Origin: Isurus oxyrinchus
Lineage: Eukaryota
DNA: 64,000 nucleotides
NCBI GenBank assembly: GCA_026770705.1
Contig: JANJGN010000007.1
Span: forward strand, 109,306,001 to 109,370,000
Direction of reading: 5' to 3'
The translations under genes and the position numbers were made by a program. Within the stretch, counting starts at the first letter, position 1. Every line of letters begins with the position of its first letter. Positions 50,721-63,365 of the stretch are shown here, piece after piece. The notes under the pieces are model-generated. The model was not told the origin of the DNA and searched no databases. It saw only the letters and a list, made by a program, of their open reading frames with translations.

Positions 50721-53700
50721 TCCACTGGGTGGGGCAGCCCCTTTTTAATATTAAGATAAAAGCAAAATACTGTGAATGCTGGAAATCTGAAGCAAAAACA
50801 GAAAATTCTGGGAAAACTCAGCAAGTGTAGCAGTATCTGTGGAGGGAGAAACAGACTTAATGTTTCGAGTCCTTTTGCCGCTTCTTCAGAGGGTGAGTTT
50901 TTCCTGCATTTTCTGTTTCTGTTCCTTTTTTTAATATTTGATGGAACTGAGTGGCTAGCTAGCCATCTCAGAGAGTAGTTGCGAGTGAATCATATTGCTG
51001 TGTGGTTAGAGTCACATGCAGACCATACCGTGTAAGGATGGCGGATCTCTTTCCCTAAAATACGCTGATGAACCAAATGGGTTTATAAGCCGGAATCTCC
51101 ATTCTTGGTCACTCGCCTTTGACTTTCACCGGTATGCATCCTGGATGGATAAAATGTGTCCATTTGGATGTCTCCCCAACATATGTACGGGCAAACATCA
51201 ACACACACAAATACACGCATGCTTGTGCCACCTTCCTTGGCAGGGCAGCAGAAGTCGTGTAATGTTCCACACTGGGGATAATCACTTCGAGGAAATAGGG
51301 CAATTCAGTGTCTTAGTTGTTATTCCTGACTCCAATTGTAGTTATCTTATTTAAGCTACACTTGAACAGGTAAGTTTATCTAGCTAATCCACTTTTTCCA
51401 GTTTCAGTGCGGGAAATTGTGCGTTTGTCTCAACGGTATCTGTCTGCATCATGATGAGATCACTCCCTGCTTCAGTCCTATTTAACTTAGCGCCGATCCT
51501 CTCACTGCTGGTTTAGGCCTCATATTCTCAACGGCCATTTGCTTTTAAAATTAATTGAAATATTTAACATTTAGTTTTAATTAATTTCGAAGATTTCTCA
51601 ATTTGAAATTGGATATTTGATTTTGCAACTGTGGATAACATTTTACAATGCGAAATGGTGCCCGACCATTTGCGCATAATTGCGAAGGAAAGTAATGCAT
51701 TTGCGTTGATTTTGCGCCTTAATCGCCTACACGGATCAACTTACAGCATTTCACAGAAAAAAAGTAGTTAATTTGGAATTGAATTATTGTTCATAATTTA
51801 GCAAATATGTTGTCAATTAGAGCAGGATGCTCTAAAGGCAGAAAATCATGTTGATAAATTTCTCGATGATTTACTCGCTTTCAATATCTTAGTGTTTGGG
51901 ACCAGGTGATCGAAATATCTCCTTGTTCTTATTTGAAATAGTACAGTGAGATATTTTGCAGCCAGGTAAGCCTCCAGATGTTAGTTTAAGGTTTCTCCTG
52001 GAGAGGAGAAAATGGAAAATGCAGCATTCTATTTGTTTTCACATAATAATTGTGAATAGAGATAGAAATACAACCAACATGGCCTGTTGTTAAGGAGCTC
52101 GTAAACCAACTTAGATTTAAATCCTATGAACAGGAATTTCCCTCTCAGTCACTGCCAATGACGTTGGTAAAAATACAAATGACATTTGCACTTACTCAAA
52201 ATGTGATACGTATAAATATCAGCAATTGAATTTATTGAAAAGTATTGCCAGTTGATAACATTCATACAACACGATATGAACCAGCCCCCAAAAATTCAAA
52301 CGAGGACTCAGCTACAGCCATCTCTCCATTCTTATTATTGCATTTACATAGACTGCATCAAGCTCAATTTATATACGTTAGCCAACTAACAATGATATTT
52401 GTATATTGTAATATTACAGGAATATTGTGTAGCGAAATACAACGTAAACTGGCTATAAGCGAATGCTGCATGAATCCTTGATCCATCTCGATTGTGGCTC
52501 CTTCCTCTCGCTCCTTGCTTTCCTGTGTTTCTTTTTTCGAACTTTCCTTGGTATCGGAACAACAGTTCTTCATTCCCAAAGGCTAAGGTATTCCGCTCTT
52601 GCAATTATGAACAACAGAGGCGGAGATTCTCAGCCGTTCTTTGCCAGGCTATTCAAAACAAAATCCAGGAGCATTTTTAAACGATGCACTTTATTTTTTT
52701 CTCTCTTTTACATCCACAGGCAGTTCCCATTTAATCATCAAAATCCCAAGAACTGCAAATACACTCAGCATTGCACCTATATTTCTAGACTCAAAATATG
52801 CACACTCGTCCGGATCAAAGTCAAATTATTATTAAGTTAAAGGAACTGTCTCCAAATATATCCATGCATTGTGATTCGACAATAATTATTAAAATATCCT
52901 TGCAATAAATGCAACCAGGTCTGATATAAAGTTAATTTTAAAAAATATGCCATCCTCCCCAGTGTCACAAAACATCAGCTTCGTAAATTTGCAATTTTGT
53001 TTTCATTTTCGTTCGATGCTGCACTTTGATTCATGATTGTTGTGTGCATGTAATTGTGTGTCTTATCCCTTTCCTATAAAAGTTATGTAAGATAAAAATA
53101 AACTGCTGACTACCTAAGCGGGAATTGGATTTTCACTCATTCAATGTAGAGTGACACTGAAATAAAAATAGAGTTCTTTCTATATATATATATATATATT
53201 CGAATTGAAAAATTTCAAACCGTCTACGCTCACTTCGTGATCAATGCTCTCCTGCACACATAAAAAAGCACGCCTTAATTCTAAATAAAAGCACATGGGA
53301 ACCATAGGTACCGCACGGAACCATACCAGTTATACAATATCACGTTAGATTTCCTCTGTGTTGCACTAGATGGTTCCAGTTCAGCAGCAGTTAAAGAGCT
53401 AAACCTACCCTGAGTTTTCAGGGAGAGGAAGAGAGCAATTAGCATTATATTCTGCTCGCCATCCTTATCGAGGGATCTTTGATGAAATTGCTAATCTAAT
53501 GAGGGCAAATTCGAGCTCAACCACGTGTTGCTTGTCGCCACTTCTCTGTAGCCCACATCTTAACATATAACACGGAAGTAAGATATGGCGGGCTAGGAAG
53601 GTTGTGTGCATCAACAAAGAGGATGACCTGATATCGGTAACCACACGGAAATAGCTCACCTTGAGAGCATATACACTAAATTGAACATCCCTTCCAGATC

Positions 53701-55301
53701 ACATTAATTTTCGCTGGCTTTAATGAAATAATGGAAGACGGCACTCGGAAAGTAGCGCATGTGTTATGAATTCTTCAACCATTACATAAAAATCTTGGAA
53801 AATTTAAGAAGGGTTTTGCATTGATACAAAACTTTTCACGGCCACTGGAAGTGCTAAGAATACACAGAAAATTGCACAGTATATTCCCAACAATAAATTA
53901 TCCTGAGATAACTGAAAAATGAATCGATTTCAGTGAAGTAAATTGAGGGGTAACTGTTGGTCAGGACGCCGGAGAGATCTCCAATGTTTGGTTAAGAAAG
54001 TGCGTCACGGGGTCTTTTACGGCACCGTAGAGCGCAGAGGGACTCATTTTAAAGTTTTGAAAAATAAATCAAGCTTCCGGCAGTGCTGCTCTGAAATATT
54101 AGCCTAGATTTTCTGCTCAAGTCTCTTAGTGAGAAGCTGAAGCCAGGACCTTTTTAATGAGAGGAGTTACCGCCAAGCCAGCGCACAAAATTGATCTTAA
54201 GTGTTGATTATTTGACTTATCCTGCAAGAAATTGAATATGAAAACTGATATGTTACTAAATAAAAACAAAAAAATGTTGCAAATGTTCAGCAGATCAGGT
54301 CCCTGTGGACAGGGAAACATTTAAAGTTTAGTGTCTCTGACTTTTCATCACCATTAATATGAAAATCGTGGTGTTTTAAGTGTCGGTCTTCTTTGTTGTC
54401 AGTTATTTAGTAACAAATTTTAGCACTACTAATCGTAAATCCGAAATTACGTAAGAAATAACTGATAAAAGCACATTTCTGATTTCCAGCCTACCAATGC
54501 TGCCTGTCTATATACATTGAATATGATTTACCGATTTAAAATGGCGTCCTCTCATCTTCAATTGAAAGTAGGTTACATGGTCCACAATTATGCCCACCAA
54601 TCCAAGAATTATCAAAAAACCCAGGACAAGCCGTGAAATGGCAATGTTGCGGAAACTCTGATCTACAATGCAGGATTGAAGCAAACAGATGAAATTGATG
54701 TATATAAGTATTATCGAACGTAAACAATAATAGAGGCTTACACAAATGAGAGGCGTTGATGAAGTTGCTAGTTTAAACTTGAGGGCGGATTTTAAATTGC
54801 CGATAATTAACTAGGGAACGGTAATAGCCTCAAAACATGCTCGGTAAACTGGCAACATTCCAGCGTACACCACGATGCATTTCACCTTCCCAGACAGTCT
54901 GTTGCCTTGTTCCGGCGCCAATTTTCCCGGTTCTGAGCTTCTCCTCAAATTCAATTAGTGGTTCTATCATGAACATGGGACACTGATGTCCATTTCATCA
55001 TCGAATTTGTATGCCCTGCTCTTTCTGGTAGTTTTATGAGCAATAGAGATAATGATGCCCTAAACAAATAACTTCCAAAATAGTTTTGAAAAGGTAGGAA
55101 AAACAGAAGTGGCCCTCTGGACCCCATAATAATAATTTTGCACGCTGCAGCCAGTTCACCCAGCACCATCGCTACGCAATCAAAACTGGTGTAGCTTGCT
55201 GCCGATCCAGCTGTGTTCTGTCCGCAATGCTAACTTCATCGGGACAACGCATATGCTTTGGAATTCCTGATTTTCACTCAGGCAGACTGGGCCGCCTCCC
55301 C

Positions 55302-55390
55302 TCATGGCAGATTCGTTGTCACCAACAAAAGGGCCAAGTGCCAAATTCTCTGTATATGCCTATAATTCCCACCATTCTTCAAGTTTGCAC
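55302..55390 (-). CDS. Gene A candidate terminal exon (short hydrophobic C-terminus, possible GPI-anchor signal)
   Basis: Acceptor ...ttagcactctag| lies 630 bp past the C1 donor. In phase 1 it reads GANLKNGGNYRHIQRIWHLALLLVTTNLP*. No full-length TM exon was found downstream. The four exons total 747 nt (248 aa). Confidence 0.55.
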
Positions 55391-56019
55391 CTAGAGTGCT
55401 AATAACCATAATAAAGTATTCTTTATTGGAGTAAAGGGTTCAGTACGACAATTACCGCCAGAGTAGATGTAGAAACAATTCTTCATAACTCAGAAATTTG
55501 AAAAACAAAAACTTAAAAAGTGAAGGAATTCAGTTAACGAAGTAAATTCAGGTAATAGAAGGTTTTCGGTTAGTAGAAGGTATTTGTAAAAGTGAAATGT
55601 ATGGATAAAAGAGGAATAGATGAATAATGCTCAGAAGAAACTGGATCATGGATGAAACGCTCTTGGCAGATGATGGATAAAGCTCCACATAGCTTCTGGC
55701 CCAATTAATAGTGACTCTGTGAGAATCCACCCATTTTGTATGTAACTTCATTTCATTTGACGAGGAATGAGCTTTCTGTTTTGGAGTAGTTCATACATCA
55801 ACCACCCATTTCAGATCTTTTCAGGGAGATTATCTCCCCCACCACCCATACAAACCGTCTTGATTATTTTATTTTATTCCCATAAAAGTGTCATTGAGAG
55901 TAAATACAATGCACATCCACCCTGTAAACTCGAGTTTGAGCAGCAGTTCAGCTCCAGGTCTAATAAGCAAATACAGGTTGGAGCACATACCCACTTGTTG
56001 TAAATGCTTGCAATCTTAC

Positions 56020-56316
56020 CTTGGTTGATGGTGTAGCTGACACTGGCAGGCACCTCGAGAGAGACGTGATACACCAGACAGGTATAAACGACTCTCTTCC
56101 AGACAGGCTGTGCTTCTTCCAAAGAACTGGTGACCTCAAAGAGCCCATCCACGCTCTCGTTTTTCACAGTTTCTATTCCAGTCAGAATTTGCACACCATC
56201 TCTTTGCCAGAAAACTGTTAAATCCTTCGGGTAAAAGGCAGCAGTTTTACACTGGAGTTTCAGAGAAGTGGCTGAAATCCCTTCAACAGGAATGATTTTT
56301 AGGGGGCTTGGAGGAA
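56020..56316 (-). CDS. Gene A exon 3: Ig C1-set domain
   Basis: Acceptor ttctttttctccgtcaaag| and donor G|gtaaga, 297 bp, phase 1-1, open frame. Motifs L-x-C-x-x-x-x-F-Y-P-x-x-L-x-V-x-W (LQCKTAAFYPKDLTVFW), DGLFEVTSSL and YTCLVYHVSL are C1-set hallmarks. Confidence 0.93.
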
Positions 56317-58358
56317 CTTTGACGGAGAAAAAGAACATAGTTTTTTCAATTTAAAGGAATACATTCTTATATGTATGTCCTAGTTATGCTATTTAATCCC
56401 TACTGTGGCAAAAGTTACCTGATCTATCGTTTTGTAAACGTTGTGTAAAAACTGATTGTGAAAATTATTTAACGGCGCACAACAAAATCTTCGGATCTAT
56501 TGCAAATGATAAAAAACGAGGATGAATCTCCCAAGGCTGAAAACATCCAGGGAAGTACGCGTTACTGCTCTGAATGGAAACATCAAGACCTGCCGCGGGA
56601 TTTTTGTTTGCAGCTGTGGCCCAGAATAAAATTCCTCTCTAAATACAGACAGCGCAAAACACTCCGGACGGAACAGTGGAATTGTCTGACGTTCTTCCAG
56701 TGATTACCTATCCCCGTAGTTATCATTTAATATCTTGTGCATCTATTTCAAAGTTAATCGATTTTTAGAATATTTCATATATTGCAAAGTATATTTTGTT
56801 TTGACTGTGATTATTGAGAAGACGATGTTAAATTGAAGTATCTCCATGTCAATATGGACTCCAGCTTTGATAATTTAAAACGTACAGATTAGAATTTGTG
56901 CAATATAATCAATTACTTAACTATTCAGTGTTTCTGTCGGAACCTTCAGATTGTACCGTTTTCACCTAAGGAGCTTTCTCCAGAGGGAGAACCGTGGATT
57001 GGAATATTCGTCACGTCATGCCAGGATAACGTTGGCAAACATGTCTCGCGGTGGCGATAACCGCATACGTTCAAATGGGGGAAACCGAATTGTATATCTA
57101 AATTAGAATGCCTGTCTTACATTTTTTCAGATTTTTGCCCTTCGCCGGGTCCATTAGGACTGTTGCTCTTTTTTGCTTGAAAATGAAAAAGTTTATATCA
57201 TTTATGCATTTACCATTTGCTAATCTTAACCTGTGTTCGCTGGATCTACTGTCACATCTCTTCTGGAAGCATGGGCCATTTATTAGGTTTGCCTTGTTTT
57301 ATCAGTTTATTACGAACACTATCCTTAACATTTTTCATTAAACGTTTATTTAATCGAACAGTGCCAATATCAAATGATGAAATTAAGGATATTTTTAACT
57401 TCAAAATTATGCCTATACTCCCGGTCGCAGTGTTGACTGTCGAGAAAATACCCAGAATGCCTCCATTGCTTTACCATGGATCTGTTTTATAGACAATGCT
57501 TTAGATTTTCCAAGGAGGCGACTGAGGGTACTTCTCCCTGCTCTCTTGTCCTAAGTTCCCTGTGAGGTTTTGGGGAGTGTAAATGGAAATCATGAATGAC
57601 AAATGTCGGGGACCAGGAATTTACAGGAACGTTCGGTGATAGCCCGTCTGGAATTGTGGGTTTGGGCATATGAAAAAAGTCCAATTGGCCGACGGCAGAG
57701 GCTCTCAAAACGGGAATTGATATCTTCACTGTATTTCATGTGCTGGGGCTTTGGTTGAAAACCAGAATTGAGGGCAAGATCAACACCTGCCCTCTAAAAT
57801 GGATTGTAGGATTATTTAGTGAAGAGTTTGGCGGAAGGTTAGTTGGTTTGTGAAATATGCGTGGCTATAGCAGGAGGTTACCTTTCTGAGTTTGTAATGA
57901 AGATAACCTGTGGGGATGGATTAGATGAACTTAATGTCATATCAAAGACTTCACCGAGGAGGTATTAAATTTTTCCCATTGTTGCATTTTTGGCACTATT
58001 GTTTCGGTGAGTAGAAACCTGATCATCTTATCCCGTTGATTAATATCAAATTAAGGTTTAAGCAATTATTTTTCGTTTCAGCATCTTGGTTCAGTAACAA
58101 TTGTAATGGCACTGAAAACACTCATTGGAAGAAAAACACTTTGGAATATCACAAGGACAAGGGGTGGGTGAAATGAGAGTTGTGCAGAAACGCAAAACGG
58201 ACGGAAGAGAATCAATGGCCGTTGATAAATGGAAAGAAAATCCGCAGCAGTGTAAGACGAATCCGCTATCACCAGATTTTTATCTAGTGATAAAAGTTCG
58301 AATTACGTATTTCACACACAGCTGAAAAGCGCCCTCTCCTCAGTACAATTGCACTTAC

Positions 58359-58664
58359 CGCACACAATGAGCTGGGAGCCACTTCCAACTCCAATAGAGT
58401 TTTGCTGATGTTTTACTTTACAGTAATACATCCCGGAATCGGCAACACTCGCATTCAGAACTTCAAATGAACTACTTCCCTTTTTTACATTGACTCGCTT
58501 CCGACTGTCCCGTTCCAGAAACGATTTCTCGTCGCGTTTCCACCAATGAACTTCAGGAGTGTCTTCAAATATGGGAAATGTGCAGAACATAGAAACATTG
58601 TCTCCCCTGGCAGCCTTCAAGAGTTTAGGGAACTGATCCACTTTGCTCGAAGTTACTTTGGAGG
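58359..58664 (-). CDS. Gene A exon 2: Ig V-set domain with germline-joined J-like G strand
   Basis: Acceptor ttttttgacag| and donor G|gtaagt, 306 bp, phase 1-1, open frame. Translation ASKVTSSKVDQFPKLLKAARGDNVSMFC...VHWWK...DSGMYYC...GVGSGSQLIVC has the B-strand Cys, C-strand Trp, D-x-G-x-Y-Y-C and a G-x-G-S-x-L-x-V J-like motif. Confidence 0.93.
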
Positions 58665-58867
58665 CTGTCAAAAAATTTTAAAAAGGGGTCCGTGATAACA
58701 GTTTCATACCTCAGGGAAAGAAATAAATATCTAGGAGAAGTAAAATACAAGAACAATTAAAAAGCACCAACAATAGGATTGGAGAAGTAGCACTTCTAAT
58801 TTGCAATGCATAAACGTTCTGGAATATTCCAAAATATAATTTAAGGTATTCAAACAACTCATGTTAC

Positions 58868-58922
58868 CTGACCACACCATGCCCAGGAGAACCAAGTACC
58901 GAACTGTAGTTCTCACCAACAT
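58868..58922 (-). CDS. Gene A exon 1: signal peptide of a VJ-C1 Ig-superfamily protein
   Basis: ATG at 58922 opens MLVRTTVRYLVLLGMVWS. The exon is 55 bp and ends in a phase-1 donor CAG|gtaac. It has the same length as, and a similar sequence to, the gene B leader. Confidence 0.85.
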
Positions 58923-59799
58923 TTAGTGCAATAAAGAAAGTTAGCTTGCTACTTGCAGAAAATGAGAACAACAGCCTGGATGGTTTGGTTAAGAACTTAA
59001 TTTCATAGATAAATATATGGAAGGTGTGGCCATGACACGAGCTGTCACATGACTGGAGTTGCATATTGTCTCCGGTAATGGTGTTAGTCTGTGGAACGCG
59101 ATGTCTCCTCCTTACCCTCCGTTGAGAAGTTTCCACCCGAACAGCAATGCATTTTCAGCCTCCCCCGTGGCACTATGTTCCAATAACCTTCTTTGTCAAC
59201 GCCTATCTTTGATCCTTTTCTCGATCCTGAAAATAACTACTCAGACCGCAGGAGCGAGCAATTTTCCAACATCTGATCTAAGGAATTCGCCTTCATAGAG
59301 GACCATAGGCAGTGAAGATGAGCAAATATTTAGCCCTGGGCGCACTGAGCGCAACGCCATCCTGATCACAACCAGCCTCCTCACATCCGGGATTCTAGCA
59401 AAATTCTCGGTAATAGCAATTATGATTAATACTCCTGTTCATCTATCTTTCTCCAGGCCAGAGCGGTTAAGGCAAAGTTTCACTTAAGTCAGGATTAAAA
59501 ATTAGGACCTATACCCATATGGTTCAATGTTATAGCTAAAAGTGCAGCAGACTTGGAGTGCAATGAAGGATATTCACGAAAATACTTGGTAATACCTGTA
59601 GGTGGAACTGAGAGGGGAACAAACTAAGGCGACCCTCATTCAGCTGGTTGCAAGGAAAAAAAGAAATTTCAACGAAAGTAAGAGCGGATATTCAGCTTCA
59701 GGAATGTTCCAGTTTCCAAACCTGCTTTGTGTCGAATTAGTTGGTCTGAATCAAAAGCCTAACATCATTCTGGCGTCTTACTCCTAACTACAATGCATT

Positions 59800-60270
59800 T
59801 GACCTTGACGAACCATTCATCCAGGACGGGGTAAGCCTGTAACTTAATTCCACTCCAACTGTCAGGAGCCTCTGATCTTTTGCCAATCGCCTTAAATCCC
59901 TGTCCTCTGGTTACCGACCCTTCCACAACTGGGTTCAGTTTCACCTTATTTAATCTATTAAGAATGTTCATAATTTGGAATCCAATTTCTTCTTAACCTT
60001 TTGGACTCTAACTATCATAATTTCACCTTCTCGCGTCTTTCCTCATAATTGATGTCACGCAATTCCGGTAAATCTCTTCTGCGTCCTCTGTAGGTCTTGG
60101 CATATTTTCTAAAGCATGGTGAGCAGAGTTGAACATTACGCTCCAGCTGAGGCCTACCTAGTTCATATAAAGGTTGATTATAACATCCTTGCCTTTAATT
60201 CTGTATCTCCATTAATAAAGCCAAGGATCACCATTACGTTTTTCACTCACTTCTCGTTCATCCTGTCATT
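59800..60270 (-). mobile_element. CR1 LINE fragment
   Basis: PVVEGSVTRGQGFK and RPQLE-like remnants. Confidence 0.6.
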
Positions 60271-61389
60271 TTCAAAAAATTATATATAACCCCACGATCA
60301 TTACATTCATTGACATTTCCGCCCGTATAAGAATCAGTAAAGTACCGACATTCGCTCAGTTTTTCCTCCCCCTCTCTCTTTGGTTAGGCGAGAATGTGTG
60401 CCTTTGAATAGGCTCTGTAATGAATATAAAAGTAAGTGACCTAACGTCTGAAATTACTGGGGATAAAGTGCTGAAATTTAAATTATTTAATTGCACTCAA
60501 GGCCATGATTTAATAACATACAAATACAAATTCGCTGTAGCAATGAACTATACAAGGCACATAAAACAGTTAATTGCTTCGTCTGGTACTGAAAGGCCAA
60601 AATTCTGGCCGCTGTTTGATTGCTAAAGTATGTTTTTTTCACATCAGCTGTGCGCCCTCATTGTACCCCAGCAATTGACTAACTGTTCTCCCCTCTATAG
60701 GAATCCTTTATTTCCGCATGAAATTACAAGGAAAAGCCTCAAAGGAGTTCACGAGGGCCGAGACTGGAGCAGAGGTGGAACACCACAACTTTGGTCGCAT
60801 GACATTTCCGGTTGTTTGTGATGATGTTCGTGTCGGCAACTGAAATTCTGAGAGGGAGAACTAAGTTCCATGACATTTCCCCTCTGAAAAATCTGAAAAT
60901 TTAGATAATGAAAATCAAATCATCAATGTTGGAGACATGAAACTAAATAAAAAATACTTGAATTGCATTTAGGGTTTACATGATTTGAGAAAACGTCTTG
61001 AGTTGCATTAGAATTGACAGCTCTATTTCGATGTATTACTGGATATTCGATCATGTGACATCGCTCATGTGATGTGTAGTCACACAGGGCCAAGAGTCGG
61101 CTATTTAGCTCTTCCAGCGTGCTTTGCCATTCAATGAGATGATGACTGATCTGCAGCCTCATAACTTACATTTAGTTACGAGACACGTGCTTACCGCTCG
61201 CAAATGTTACAAAAGCAACTTACTGTGGATGCTAGACATCTGAACTAAAGACAGAAAATGCTAGAAATTAGCAGCAGGCCATAGCAAGAGAGTTACTCTT
61301 TCAGGTCTGCGACTTTTCACCGGAACGGGTTAAGTTAAAAATATAATGGGTCTTGAGCACGGGGAAATAGGTACGAAAGTATATTAAAA

Positions 61390-62280
61390 GGACAAGAGGA
61401 GATTGCAGATGGATGTAGATAGGTTGAGTGAGTGGGCAAAGATCTGGCAAATGGAGTTTAATGTGGGGAAAATGTGAAGTTGTTCACTTTGCCATGAAGA
61501 ACAATAAAGCATAGTATTACTTAAATGGAGAACGTCTGCATGATTCTAAGGTGCAGACGGATCTAGGTGTCCTAGTACATGAGTTATCAAAAGTTAGTAT
61601 GCAGGTTCAAAAAGGAATTAAGAAGGCTAATGAAATGTTATAATTTATTACGAGAGGGATTGAACATAAAAGTAAGGACCTTATGCTTCAGTTGTACAGG
61701 ACATTGTTAAGACCACACCTTGAGTACTGTGTGCAGTTTTGGTCTCTTTATTTAAGGAAGAATGTAATTGCATTGGAGAGAGAAAGGAGGCTTACTAGAT
61801 TGTTACCTGGAATGAGTGGGTTGTCTTGTGAAGAAAGATTGGGCAGACTAGGCTTTTTACCACAGGAGTTTAGAAAAGTAGGGGTGATTTGGTTGAAGTA
61901 TAAAATATTCTGAACGGCCTTGACAAGGTTGGTGCTGGAAGGATGTTTCCACTTGTGGATGAGTCTAGAACTTGGGGACACTTTTTTTAAAATTAGGGGT
62001 CGCCCCTTTAGGACAGAGGTAATGAGCTTTTTTTCTCTCTCTCAGAAGGTTGAGCAAGTTTGGAATTTTCTGCCTCAGAACATGGTGGAGGCGTGGCCAT
62101 TGAATATTTTTTTAAGGCAGAGATGGAAATATTCTTATTAGGCAAGAAAATCACAGGTTATCGGCGTAAGATAGTAATGAGTAAATCGAAACGTAAGAAG
62201 ATCAGCCATGATATTATTGATCGGTGGAGTAGGCTCGAGGGGCCGAATGGTCTACTCCTGTTCCTATTTCTTATGTTCTT
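61390..62280 (+). mobile_element. CR1 LINE 3' fragment
   Basis: WAKIWQMEFNVGK, LYRTLLRPHLEYCVQFWS and a CR1 3' end (ctactcctgttcctatttcttatgttctt). Confidence 0.85.
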
Positions 62281-62479
62281 AAGGGGATGCTGAGAACACA
62301 ACAAAAGTTCTGTAATAGGTTGGGAGATAGGGCAGATTAAGAAACAGAAAAGTTATTCTTGCAGGACCAAAGAGAGTGGTAAGGAGGTAAGAAAATATAT
62401 ATAGAAACAGGAGGTATGCTGTGGTATACTGCTGTTGAAAAGCAGGAACAAGAAGGAAACCGAAACACGCGAGAAAGGA

Positions 62480-62830
62480 AAGTCGACTGGTGGAACACAT
62501 TACTGTCTGAAATCCTTAAGCTCAATGTTGAGTCCAGAAAGCTGTAAAGCATCTAATCGAAAGATGAATCATTGCTCCTCAATCTTAGTTTGAGCTTCAT
62601 TGGAACTACGCAGAAAGCCGAGGACAGAGAGGTTAGCGTGAGATCAAGGTCGTGAATTTAGGTAAGTTCGTGTTCAAGCTGGCAAATGTTATTGCAGTTA
62701 CAATATAAAGCGAAGTACTGCGGATGCTGGAAACCCCTGAAATATAAACAAATAATGCTGGAAATATTCCGCAGACAAGGACCATCAGTGGAGAGAAATA
62801 GTTAAAGATTTCGGTCTGGGTGGCTTTTCT
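62480..62830 (-). mobile_element. Penelope-like fragment
   Basis: GIY-YIG-end remnant (catctttcgattagatgctttacagctttctggactcaacattgag) plus the gatgctggaaa terminal repeat. Confidence 0.6.
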
Positions 62831-63249
62831 TCTACATTCAGTTGAGTTTCTTGATATTACCCAGCCAAAAATAAAAGAGTTGCCGTTTTGTTCTTCATTA
62901 AAATGAATAACGAATTTGATACATTAAAGGACTCTAAATCAGAAACATTTCAATGATAAATAATGTTGAATTACAAACTGGCTCTGTGATTCTTCTAAAC
63001 TAGAATTCTAAGGAAGGATGTAAATGCATTGGAGAGAGAAAGGAGGCTTACTAGATTGTTACCTGGAATGAGTGGGTTGTCGTGTGAGGAAACACTGAGC
63101 AGTCTGGGCTTGTTTCCACTAATACCCTGCCATGTGTGCTTTGCCCGAAGGCAGATCCTTGCCTCGTTGTCTGCTGATCCTTAACCCTGAGTACTTGTTC
63201 TTGTCTGTTTTTGGTAGTGCTGGTTTTTTGTTGCCTTCCACCGTCAGGG

Positions 63250-63365
63250 GCAGGGAGAGAAGACTGGCCCCCAAGTTTACCTCAGCCAAACCGGTTCCTA
63301 AATCCTGCTGTTATCGTTATTCTGAAATATAGGCTAGCCATCTAGTCAACTGAGCTAACAAGCCC
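63250..63365 (-). mobile_element. Decayed tRNA-derived SINE head
   Basis: The minus strand begins ggcttgttagctcagttgactag (A-box-like), followed by a decayed B-box region. Confidence 0.4.

Noticed and set aside
53660-53690. Minus-strand ATG...AAG|gtgagc mini-exon
   Set aside because: It is phase 2, too short for a leader, and no downstream V exon was found.
58599-58610. RGD tripeptide in the gene A V domain
   Set aside because: It sits at the canonical A'-B turn (xG[D/E]xV) of V-set domains and is not shared by the paralogues, so it is probably coincidental.
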